From an uncultured Gemmatimonadales bacterium (GTDB lineage Bacteria > Gemmatimonadota > Gemmatimonadetes > Longimicrobiales > RSA9): a DNA stretch of 64,000 bases. The stretch is taken from contig OY970192.1 in NCBI GenBank assembly GCA_963708135.1, positions 3,072,001-3,136,000 of the forward strand, in the 5' to 3' direction. A program made the translations under genes and the position numbers. How positions within the stretch are numbered: the first letter of the stretch is position 1; each line of letters begins with the position of its first letter. The notes beneath the pieces are model-generated. The model searched no databases and was not told the origin of the DNA. It saw nothing but the letters and a program-made list of their open reading frames with translations. Shown here piece after piece: positions 9,447 to 17,660 of this stretch.

Positions 9447-10617
9447 GTGTAGTGTCTGCCAATTGAGTTGATTTAACAAGACTCCGAGCGTACTGCGGTG
9501 AGCGCCTCGCGTGCACGCTGGATCTTGCGCAAGATGTCCTCGCCTTTGGCTCGCCACCGGTACGGCTTGGGATGGAGCTTTCGTTCGGCCAAGTAGCTCT
9601 CGATGTCACTCACCAGCTCGCGTACGCTGGAGAAGCTGCCCTCCCGAATCACGTCCTGCGTCAGCTCTCCGAAGAAGCGCTCGACGAGATTCAACCAGGA
9701 CGAGCTGGTCGGCGTGAAGTGAAGGTGGAAGCGCGGATGCTTCGCAAGCCACTGGGTTACGCTCTCTTGCTTGTGCGTGCAGTAATTGTCCACGACGAGG
9801 TGTAGATCGAGATCCTTGGGCGTCTCCCGATCGATCTGCTTGAGGAAGCGAAGCCACTCGACGTGCGTGTGACGCTCTTCCGTGCGCGCGATCAATTTGC
9901 CGTCGAGGTAGTTCAGTGCAGCAAACAGCGTGATGGTGCCGTGGCGGGTGTAGTCGTGGGTCTTGGTGCGAATCTCCCCGACGCCGAGGGGTAAGCCCGG
10001 TTGGGTGCGCTCCAAGGCCTGGCACTGGCTCTTCTCGTCACAACACAGGACCAGCGCCCTCTCGGGCGGATCGAGATACAGCCCGATCACGTCCCAGAAC
10101 TTCTCCTCGAAGCGCGGATCGTTCGACAGCTTGAACGTCTGCGTCAGGTGCGGCTTGATCTCGTTTGCCCGCCAGATCCGGTGCACGCTGTCCGGCGAGA
10201 TCCCGACCTCACGGGCCATTGTGCGCACACTCCAACGCGTGCACGGCTTGGGCGGCCGAGTCGCCCGCGTGATGACCTGCTCCACCTTGTGCGCCGGGAT
10301 CGAGGGGCGCCGGCCCCGTCCTTTTCGATCCTTCAGGCCGTCCAGGCCTTCGCGCTCGAAGCGTTGGGACCACTTGTTGACGCACGCGGCGCTCACGCCC
10401 AGCTCCCGCGCCACCTGCACCTGGCCGAGACCGCGCCCGCGCCGCAGCACGATGGCGGCACGAAGGCTGTCGCGCTTGGACACGCTGGGCGCCTTCACAC
10501 GCCGCTCAAGCTCTTGCCGTTCGGCGTCGGTGATCTCGATCTTGGACACAGGTCGCGCCATGGCGCAAGGATACGCCCGGCGCCTCCTTGTGTCAAGCTA
10601 TTTGTCGGACGCTACAC
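9447..10617 (-). mobile_element. IS630-family insertion sequence
   Basis: Imperfect terminal inverted repeats GTGTAG(T/C)GTC(T/C)G(C/A)CAA; TA duplication in a CTAG target. Confidence 0.92.
9473..10561 (-). CDS. IS630 transposase
   Basis: HTH plus CCDEKSQ, VVDNY and WLNLVERFF DDE motifs. Confidence 0.95.
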   Translation of the reverse strand: MARPVSKIEITDAERQELERRVKAPSVSKRDSLRAAIVLRRGRGLGQVQVARELGVSAACVNKWSQRFEREGLDGLKDRKGRGRRPSIPAHKVEQVITRATRPPKPCTRWSVRTMAREVGISPDSVHRIWRANEIKPHLTQTFKLSNDPRFEEKFWDVIGLYLDPPERALVLCCDEKSQCQALERTQPGLPLGVGEIRTKTHDYTRHGTITLFAALNYLDGKLIARTEERHTHVEWLRFLKQIDRETPKDLDLHLVVDNYCTHKQESVTQWLAKHPRFHLHFTPTSSSWLNLVERFFGELTQDVIREGSFSSVRELVSDIESYLAERKLHPKPYRWRAKGEDILRKIQRAREALTAVRSESC

Positions 10618-10624
10618 TAGAAAC

Positions 10625-10889
10625 GTTATCCGGAATGCGCTGGTGCGCTGAAGAGCAAGCGTGGGTGCCCCCCCTGCCACCCCGAGCCGGCGGTTTTTGC
10701 GCTCGCGGGCGTAGTGGACAATCGCGGCCGGGAGACTTCGCTGGACAGGGTGCTGGTCGGGCCGCCATGCGCTGCCAAGCCCGCTCGAGGAGTCGGTGTG
10801 CCAGGCAGGCGCCGCGCTGCTGGTGAGGCCGGTGCGGTTTCGAAGGAGCGCATGGCTGCTGCCGGCCGGGGGGGCGCACTCCGGATAAC
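10625..10889 (+). ncRNA. Gene-less cassette, variant C
   Basis: Same termini (GTTATCCGGAATGCGCTGGTGCGCTG ... GCGCACTCCGGATAAC) and GCTGGTGAGGC block as variants A and B; divergent interior. Confidence 0.5.
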
Positions 10890-11007
10890 AGCGCGGTGAC
10901 CGCTGCGCCGCCTTGCCCGCCCGAAAGCGTGCAGGGACTGTGATCAGGAACTTGGGCCGGCGGGACACGGCGCTGCGCGCCGCGTCGGGCACCGCTGAAC
11001 GTTATCC
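10883..11007 (+). other. attC site 15 (family III)
   Basis: GGATAAC-agcGCGGTGACCG ... CGGGCACCGC-tgaac-GTTATCC. Confidence 0.85.
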
Positions 11008-11259
11008 GGAATGCGCTGGCGCGCTGGGGAGTGAACCTGTTGTTCCCCTCCCCGCCCCGGATCCAGCGGTTTCGCGGGACCGGTGCAATCGATGATCCTG
11101 GCACACCGGGTTCGCGAGGCAGCAGCTGGTGAGGCGCCGGGCGCATTGTTCCTGTATCCGCGGCGTCGAGAGCCCGGCCGGAGTCGAAGCGTTTGTCGGC
11201 GCTGAGTTCCGGGCCGCGCCCGCCTTCCGCTGGAGGCGGAGGGGCGCACTCCGGATAAC
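11001..11259 (+). ncRNA. Gene-less cassette, variant A, copy 2
   Basis: Near-identical to 12078-12336. Confidence 0.55.
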
Positions 11260-11384
11260 AGAGCGGTGGCCGCTGCGCCGCCTTCAGCGGCTTGCCCGCC
11301 GGGTGGAGTGAAGTCGTAGGCCGAGAACACGGGCCGGCGGGACGCGGCGCTGGGCGCCGCGTCGGCAACCGCCAGACGTTAAGT
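11253..11384 (+). other. attC site 16 (family III)
   Basis: Near-identical to attC 5 and attC 18. Confidence 0.85.
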
Positions 11385-11444
11385 GCCATCACGTGGGTTC
11401 GCCTCATGCATTAGATTGGGGCGGTTACCAACGGGAGGACTTCG

Positions 11445-11651
11445 ATGAAGTATCGGGTGCTAATCGAGCAGGACGAGGACGGGTTCTTCGTGGCCGAGGT
11501 GCCGGCGCTCCCAGGGTGTGTGAGCCAGGGTGAGACTCGGCAGGAGGCGCTTGAGAACATCCGAGAGGCGATCGCGGGCTATCTGGAGAGCCTCGAGGAT
11601 CACCAGGAACCGGTGCCTCCCTCGATTCACGAGGAGATCGTGGAGGTCTAG
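11445..11651 (+). CDS. hicB: HicB-family antitoxin (short)
   Basis: IEQDEDGFFVAEVPALPGCVSQGETRQEALENIREAI. Confidence 0.9.
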   Translation: MKYRVLIEQDEDGFFVAEVPALPGCVSQGETRQEALENIREAIAGYLESLEDHQEPVPPSIHEEIVEV

Positions 11652-11876
11652 GTGGCCGAACTGCCAGTCGTCTCAGGACGCGAGGCAGTGAAGGCGTTCG
11701 GCAGGATCGGTTACGTTGTCGATCGCCAGCGAGGAAGTCACATCATACTGAGACAGGCGGAACCCCCTCATCGCCGCCTGACGATTCCGGACCACAAAGA
11801 GCTGCGGAAGGGAACGCTGCGGGCGTTGATCCGACAGGGTGGGTTGTCGGTGGACGAGTTCTTGGCGTTGCTGTAG
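11652..11876 (+). CDS. hicA: HicA-family toxin
   Basis: DRQRGSHIIL...LTIPDHKELRKGTLRALIRQ. Confidence 0.9.
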   Translation: MAELPVVSGREAVKAFGRIGYVVDRQRGSHIILRQAEPPHRRLTIPDHKELRKGTLRALIRQGGLSVDEFLALL

Positions 11877-11931
11877 GAACAGCAGAACCGCCCGTTCGGT
11901 CAGCGCCCTGGAGCTGGCTGGTCGTGACGGC

Positions 11932-12084
11932 ACTTAACAAACGGTTGGCGCCTGCGCGGCCTGCGGCCGCTCCGGGGAACCCGCCGCGGCCGTGACTAGA
12001 AGCTGGGGAGATCAGGGTAGTTTCGAAGGTGATCTCGGGCTGGAGGTATCGGCGCGGCGGGTCGCCAACCTGGAAACGTTATCC
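11932..12084 (+). other. attC site 17 (family I)
   Basis: ACTTAAC-aaacGGTTGGCG ... CGCCAACC-tggaaac-GTTATCC. Confidence 0.85.
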
Positions 12085-12336
12085 GGAATGCGCTGGTGCG
12101 CTGGGGAGTGAACCTCTTGTTCCCCTCCCCGCCCCGGATCCAGCGGTTTCGCGGGACCGGTGCAATCGATGATCCTGGCACACCGGGTTCGCGAGGCAGC
12201 AGCTGGTGAGGCGCCGGGCGCATCGTTCCTGTATCCGCGGCGTCGAGAGCCCGGCCGGAGTCGAAGCGTTTGTCGGCGCTGAGTTCCGGGCCGCGCCCGC
12301 CTTCCGCTGGAGGCGGAGGGGCGCACTCCGGATAAC
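12078..12336 (+). ncRNA. Gene-less cassette, variant A, copy 3
   Basis: Only a 7-codon ORF at its start; at least six predicted stems. Confidence 0.55.
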
Positions 12337-12461
12337 AGAGCGGTGGCCGCTGCGCCGCCTTCAGCGGCTTGCCCGCCGGGTGAAGTGAAGTCGTAGGCTG
12401 AGAACACGGGCCGGCGGGACGCGGCGCTGGGGGCCGCGTCGGCAACCGCCAGACGTTATCC
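12330..12461 (+). other. attC site 18 (family III)
   Basis: Near-identical to attC 5 and attC 16. Confidence 0.85.
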
Positions 12462-12645
12462 GAAAGCAGCCGCGGATACGCTATGAACGAAAGCATCGAT
12501 CTGATCGAGGGCGTGGTCATTGCGTATTCCGGTCATTCCGGCCATCGACTCCGGTCGAAGCCGGCCACCCGTTCCGGTGGCAAGCCGGCCGCTGATTCCG
12601 GAGCATTCCGGCCACCCGCCTCGGAGCGAAGCGACGCTGGTGCTT

Positions 12646-13275
12646 TCAGGCTGCGGCCTCGGTGTCTGCGTGTCGTTTCTTCGATCGTCGCATAGAAGCT
12701 CCTTTCAGGGTGATTCTGTGGGCGTTGTGGACGAGGCGGTCCAGGATGGCGTCGGCGAATGTGGCGTCTCCCACGACGTCGTGCCAGTGGTCGAAGGGGA
12801 GCTGACTGGTCACGAGGGTGGCGCGGCTGCCGTAGCGGTCCTCGAGGACTTCGAGCAAGTCCGTGCGTTCGTAGTCCTTCAGGGGCGCGAGGCCGAAGTC
12901 GTCCAGGATCAGCAGTTGGGCCTTGGCCAGGCGCTCGAGGAGCTTGGCATAGGAGCCGTCGGCGCGGGCCAGGGCGAGTTCTCCGAGCAGGCGTGAGAAG
13001 CGGTAGTAGCGCGTGGACAGACCCTGCCGGCAGGCGCTGTGGCCGAGGGCGCACGCGAGATAGCTCTTGCCGTTCCCGGTGGCACCGGAGATCAGCACGT
13101 TCTCGTGGTCGCGGATCCACTGGCAGCCGGCCAGCCGGAGGACGAGGCCGCGCTCGAGGCCGCGAGGGCTGCGGAAGTCGATGTCCTCGGGCACGGCCGG
13201 CAAGCGGAGCTTGGCCATTTGCAGGAGCCGCGTGAGGCGGCGGTCCTCGCGGAAGGTGATCTCGCGCTCGAGAAG
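12646..13275 (-). pseudogene. istB: IstB ATPase lacking its N-terminus
   Basis: GATGNGKS Walker A, LLILDDFG, ADAILDRLVH; fused directly to the istA remnant. Confidence 0.85.
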
Positions 13276-13970
13276 GGGTTCAGATCCGGCTCGTAGTAGC
13301 AGGCATGCTTGACACCGGTCCTCAGATTGTCGGGCACGATCAGACGCATCACGCCGCCGAAGTAGGCGAACATGCGCACGTGCGCCCCGACCCACTGGGG
13401 CAGCTCCTGGCTCCAGCAGGCCTCCGCGTAGGTGAAGTTGCTGGCGCCGAGCACGCCCACGAAGATCTCGGCCGCGCGGATCTCGCCGGTCGTGCGGTTG
13501 ACCACCGGGACGGTCTGGCCGGCGAAGTCCACGAAGACCTTCTCGCCGGGCACGTGCTCCTGGCGCAGGACCAGGTCCAGACGTCCCCGCCACCGGCGGT
13601 AGAGCTCACAGAACTGGCTGTACTGCAGCCCGTCCGGCTCGCGCTCCTTGTACTCGACCCAGAGAAGCTGCAGCGTCACGCCGGTGCGCTTGCGCGCCTT
13701 CAGCTCGCGGTGCACTTCGGCCCAGTCCGGCAGTGGCCGCGCGATGCTGGACGGCCGCGGCAAGGGGAAGAGCAGCCCTTGGAGCTGCGCATCCGTCCAG
13801 CCAGGCGGCAGCGGCCACGAGATCCCGGCCGCCTCGGCGCGCCTGAGGTACTCCGCCACCGTGCTGCGCGCGATCCCCAGGCTGCGCGCGATCGCTCGAT
13901 TGCTCTGGCCCGCGGCCTTCAGCCGCAGGACCTCCTTGGTCTTGCGCATGGACAACCTTTCCGCCGCCAT
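13276..13970 (-). pseudogene. istA: IstA transposase, N-terminal part only
   Basis: MAAERLSMRKTKEVLRL...FVDFAG...IVPDNL; breaks off after YEPDLNP. Confidence 0.85.
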
Positions 13971-14603
13971 CTCGCCTCCGGGTTCGAGAGAACTCGGCAG
14001 GAAAGTGACGGCCGGACGGATTCAGGTCATCCAGCGCCGCTTACGCTCCGCAGGGGGTGGCCGGAATGCTCCGGAATACCCGGCCGGCATGCTCCGGAAT
14101 CGGTGGCCGGCTTCGACCGGAATCGGTGGCCGGCTTGGGCCGGAATACGCAGGTCATCAAGGGTGGCGGAGGGGCCACCAAGAACCTCCGTCCGATTGAA
14201 GACCTGATCGCGGCTCGGAGTGGGCTGCCCTCGGTCTGTGAAGGCACTTTCAACGTGGGGTTAGAGGAACACTACCCTTTGCTCGCCGTCACAGGTGTGA
14301 TTTCCAACGATGAGTATGCCCATCACCAAGAGTGCATCAAGCTCAGGCGCTGCCGGGTTCGTATGGCGGGGTCCGCCGGAGCTGGGTTTCGCGGTGTGAT
14401 CGTGCGGCCCAGTCAGCATGAGGTTCCCGGGCGGCCCTACTGGCTCCGACTCGAAGTGATGTCCCCGCACAAGCTCCGCGATACTCTTGCAGCAGGGGAC
14501 GGCGATGTAGTGGTCGTAGAAATTGAGCAACCGGCCGCTGTGAATGAGGAATGGTGGAATAGGGCAGAGTCCCTTTAGTCAAGGCGTAGGAGCGGCTGCC
14601 CTC

Positions 14604-14758
14604 GGATAACAAACGGTCGGCGCCTGCGCTCGCTTCGCGAGCTCCGGAGAACCCGCCGTAGCCGTGACAAGAAGCTGGTGAGGTCGGTGTCGTTTCGAAT
14701 TGTGATTCCCGCGCTCAAGGCTGCGGCGCGGCGGGTCGCCAACCTGGAGACGTTATCC
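14604..14758 (+). other. attC site 19 (family I)
   Basis: GGATAAC-aaacGGTCGGCG ... CGCCAACC-tggagac-GTTATCC. Confidence 0.85.
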
Positions 14759-14774
14759 GGCATCCGCTTCAGAG

Positions 14775-15044
14775 CTACAGGCGCTTCAGGAGCTGGTCAT
14801 AATCGCCGTGGGAACCGATCCAGAACCAGATCCAGACATCGTCGCGGCGTCTGGCCAAAGCCCGGTGCTGGAGGGTGATACGTGCGGAGAAGATCGGCTC
14901 CGTCGTGTGAACCTGCTTGAACTGAAGGCTCGGATGGGCAGGATTGTCGGAGAAGAGGCGGAAGGCCTCGCGGGCTCGGTCCTGGACGTCTTCAGGAAGT
15001 GAGGCGAACGCTTTCCGAAACGCGGCGGTGGTGCGTGAGGTCAC
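14775..15044 (-). CDS. RelE/ParE-like toxin (inverted within its cassette)
   Basis: FRKAFASLP...NPAHPSLQFK...WFWIGSHGDYD. Confidence 0.8.
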   Translation of the reverse strand: MTSRTTAAFRKAFASLPEDVQDRAREAFRLFSDNPAHPSLQFKQVHTTEPIFSARITLQHRALARRRDDVWIWFWIGSHGDYDQLLKRL

Positions 15045-15259
15045 AGATCCGAAAGATCGAGCTCCCGGGTGTCACCGCGAGCGTCTTCGGCGAGGGCATC
15101 GTCGGCGAGTCGGGCGAGCGCGTCCTGTGAGCCCTCGAACGCGCGATCCCAGCGTCGCTCGGACTTGAGCTCCTCGAGAAGCAGAGAAGCGATTGCATCC
15201 TGCTGCTCGCGGGGGAGCTTGGATGCTTCGTCGAAGGCCTTCTTGAGTAGTTCGGTCAT
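15041..15259 (-). CDS. Cognate antitoxin
   Basis: MTELLKKAFDEASKLPREQQDAIA; overlaps the toxin start. Confidence 0.75.
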   Translation of the reverse strand: MTELLKKAFDEASKLPREQQDAIASLLLEELKSERRWDRAFEGSQDALARLADDALAEDARGDTRELDLSDL

Positions 15260-15357
15260 CGATCCTCCTTGGGAGGAGATGATACCCGTGCCGGGGTGGG
15301 CAGTTCAAGGAGAGCGTGGGTGTCGTGGAGCGAGAGGTTCCGGGTTTGCGGGCCGGC

Positions 15358-15508
15358 GGATAACAAACGGTTGGTGCCTGCGCGGCCTGCGGCCGCGCCG
15401 GAGAACCCGCCGCGGCCGTCTGGCAGCTGGTGAGTCTGTCGCAGTTTCGAAGGCGGCCGCGCGCTGGAGGCTGTAGTGCGGCGGGTCGCCAACCTGGAAA
15501 CGTTAGCC
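15358..15508 (+). other. attC site 20 (family I)
   Basis: GGATAAC ... GGTTGG ... CCAACC-tggaaac-GTTAGCC. Confidence 0.85.
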
Positions 15509-15558
15509 GAAACCGCGAAAGCGGGAGGACAGGGTGGACCAGGTCCAAGGTGGGGCGG

Positions 15559-15587
15559 TTGACGGCATGTAGTCGGTAGGATACACT
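15559..15587 (+). promoter_or_regulatory. Putative sigma70 promoter
   Basis: TTGACG-17 bp-TACACT; ATG at 15594. Confidence 0.6.
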
Positions 15588-15853
15588 TGAGCTATGATCG
15601 AAGTACGCAAGACGGAGCTCTTTGCTGGCTGGATCGACGGGCTGAAGGACGTCCGGGGGCGAGCCCGTGTGCTGGCGCGAATCGAGCGCCTTGCGGCGGG
15701 CAACCCCGGGGATGTCCAACCGGTTGGCGAAGGGGTTTCGGAGCTACGAGTGGATTATGGCCCAGGATATCGGGTGTACTACAGAAAGCGTGGGCAGAAG
15801 CTGATCATCTTGTTGGCCGGAGGGGACAAGAGCACACGGGCGAGAGATATCAA

Positions 15854-17614
15854 CCTCCCGTATTCACCACGCGTAGGTTGAGCCGATTGAGCGCGTGATT
15901 TGGAATTCGGCGGCGGCGTGCGTGGCGCCCGGGCTGATTACGGGGACAGCCCCCCTTTCCCCCGGCGCGCCGCCGACGGCTCCGTGCTCCGATCGCTCCC
16001 CGCCCGAGAAGGCCTACGCTGGAGTGGGCAGGGCCAGGGCGGCGGGGGAGCCGCGGGCCGAGTAGCGCCGGCTCATTTCTCGCCAGAAGCGCTGCCACAG
16101 GTGCGCGCGGCCCGCGTCGATGACGAGCGTGAGTCGTCGGCCGCTCACCAGCACGCGTCCCGCCGCTTTGAGCACGAGTTGGCGGAAGCGCTGGCGGGTC
16201 ATGACCTGACGTTCGCCGCACGAGACCAGTTCTGCGCCAGCTCTCAGCAGGTTGGCCGCGATGAGGCTCAGCAGCAGGCGCGCCTCGTTGGCGCCGAAGC
16301 TGTCGGTGTCGGGCTCGGGCGTGGCGACGCTCCGCCCGCGGTAGTGCTTCTTGGGCCGCGGCGCCGACGAGAGCGCCAGCGCCAGCGTGCTTTTCCAGTC
16401 CCCGAACTCCCGCTCGGCTTCTCCCCGCGCCCGGTAGCGCTCCAGCAGCGCCGGGCCGTCTACCTCTTCGGTGCTCGCGTTCGTGAGCAGGAAAAAATGG
16501 TCGAGGAACAGCTCCCCCTGCTCGTCCGAGCGCTCCAGCATCACGAGCACCACCCGGCGCGCATGGTCCCAGCGCCCGGCAGCATAGGTCAGCTCGTGCG
16601 TCCAGATCCGACCTTCGGCCGGCGGGTGTCCAGGCGGCCGCTTCAGGTACGGCGCCGCGAGTCTCTCCAGGCGTGCATTCCCACGCAGCCGGGCCACGTA
16701 GCGCACGCCCTCGTCCTCCAGCGTGGCCAGCAACTCGTTCTCCGGGAATCCCGCATCCATGCGCAGCCACACCTGCTCCGCCTGCGTCTTCGCCCAGAGC
16801 ACCGCGGGGACCACAAAGCCCAGCGCGCCTTGCGCCGTGTGCGCGTTTCCCTCTCGCAGCTCGGCCGCCAGGAAGTCTCCCAACTCCCAGCGCAGCACCA
16901 GCGGGTGGTAGCAGCAGCAGCCATAGTGCGCGTTCCACGAGCTGCCCGGCTGCAGCCCGTGCACTTCGACCGGCAGCGAATCCAGATCCAGCGTGACCTC
17001 CGCAACGCGCGGCGCGTTCCGGCCCCGCCGCCGCTCCGCACCCCGCAGCAGGAGCGTGGAAAGGCCCTGCCGGTTTCCCGGGTCGGCCAGCACCGCCAGG
17101 AGCCGCGACAGGGTTGGCTGAGAGGCCAGCCCGGAGGCCGCGCCCGCAGCCCCACCCCGCACCGGCGCCGTCCCCCGGCGCCGCGACACGGCCACGCGCA
17201 GCGCCGGATCGGCGCGCAGCAGGTCCGCATCCCGCTGGTCCGTCCATCCCTGCGCCAGCAGGAGCACCTGCGTGAGCATCAGCTCGAGGAAGTCGTGCGT
17301 GATCCGCGCGGGGTCGCGCGGGTCGTGCAGGTGGTGGTGGACCAGCGCCGGGAAGCCCAGCCGCTCCAGCAGCGCACGCAACAGCACCGCGCCCGCGTCC
17401 GAGGTCAGCCGCTCCGGTCGCGCCTCCACGCCCATCGAACGGTTGAAATCCAGCCGGAAAAGTGTACCTTGTTCTTCACCCATGGCGTGTTTGTCGTGTG
17501 GTCCGGAAGGATGGTTTGGTTTGCACCCCCATCTTACGGTCACACAGGCAGATGCGCCATGGGCGCTTACGCCCTACACAACCCCTCCACTAACCCGCTC
17601 GTGAATACGGCAGG
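15854..17614 (-). mobile_element. IS1380-family insertion sequence
   Basis: Inverted repeats CCT(C/G)CCGTATTCAC; 5-bp ATCAA target duplication. Confidence 0.9.
16014..17483 (-). CDS. IS1380 transposase
   Basis: LTSDAG, LASQPTLSR, LDLDS, RMDAGF and YRARGEAE motifs. Confidence 0.9.
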   Translation of the reverse strand: MGEEQGTLFRLDFNRSMGVEARPERLTSDAGAVLLRALLERLGFPALVHHHLHDPRDPARITHDFLELMLTQVLLLAQGWTDQRDADLLRADPALRVAVSRRRGTAPVRGGAAGAASGLASQPTLSRLLAVLADPGNRQGLSTLLLRGAERRRGRNAPRVAEVTLDLDSLPVEVHGLQPGSSWNAHYGCCCYHPLVLRWELGDFLAAELREGNAHTAQGALGFVVPAVLWAKTQAEQVWLRMDAGFPENELLATLEDEGVRYVARLRGNARLERLAAPYLKRPPGHPPAEGRIWTHELTYAAGRWDHARRVVLVMLERSDEQGELFLDHFFLLTNASTEEVDGPALLERYRARGEAEREFGDWKSTLALALSSAPRPKKHYRGRSVATPEPDTDSFGANEARLLLSLIAANLLRAGAELVSCGERQVMTRQRFRQLVLKAAGRVLVSGRRLTLVIDAGRAHLWQRFWREMSRRYSARGSPAALALPTPA

Positions 17615-17660
17615 ATCAAGGCGGCTCTCCGCCTGGCGCGCAATCTGGAGGAGTAGGATC

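Larger units (their letters stand above)
9308..10631 (+). other. attC site 14 (family I), interrupted by IS630
   Basis: GGATAAC...CGCCAACCTA[IS]TAGAAAC-GTTATCC. Confidence 0.85.
12521..14151 (-). mobile_element. IS21-family element with an internal deletion
   Basis: TGCGTATTCCGG...CCGGAATACGCA ends, subterminal repeats and a 6-bp GGTCAT target duplication. Confidence 0.92.
12483..14578 (+). pseudogene. CTP-dependent riboflavin kinase-like (DUF120) cassette gene interrupted by IS21
   Basis: Removing the IS and one GGTCAT restores MNESIDLIEGVVIKGGGGA...EGTFNV...LEVMSPHKLRDTLAAGDGDVVVVE. Confidence 0.65.
15594..17656 (+). pseudogene. Addiction-module killer (RelE/HigB-like) toxin interrupted by IS1380 near its C-terminus
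   Basis: VGEGVSELRVDYGPGYRVYY...GGDKS; the C-terminus IKAALRLARNLEE resumes after the IS. Confidence 0.85.

Noticed and set aside
12200..12250. Hammerhead-like core CTGGTGA-stem-GAGA in gene-less variant A
   Set aside because: It deviates from the invariant CUGANGA/GAAA core, has no convincing stems I and III, and is not kept in variants B and C
2520..12336. Small MRW(C/S/R)A peptide at the start of the gene-less cassettes, and the long antisense ORFs over them
   Set aside because: Lengths are inconsistent (7, 8 and ~63 codons), variation is non-synonymous, there is no RBS, and the antisense ORFs cross attC boundaries
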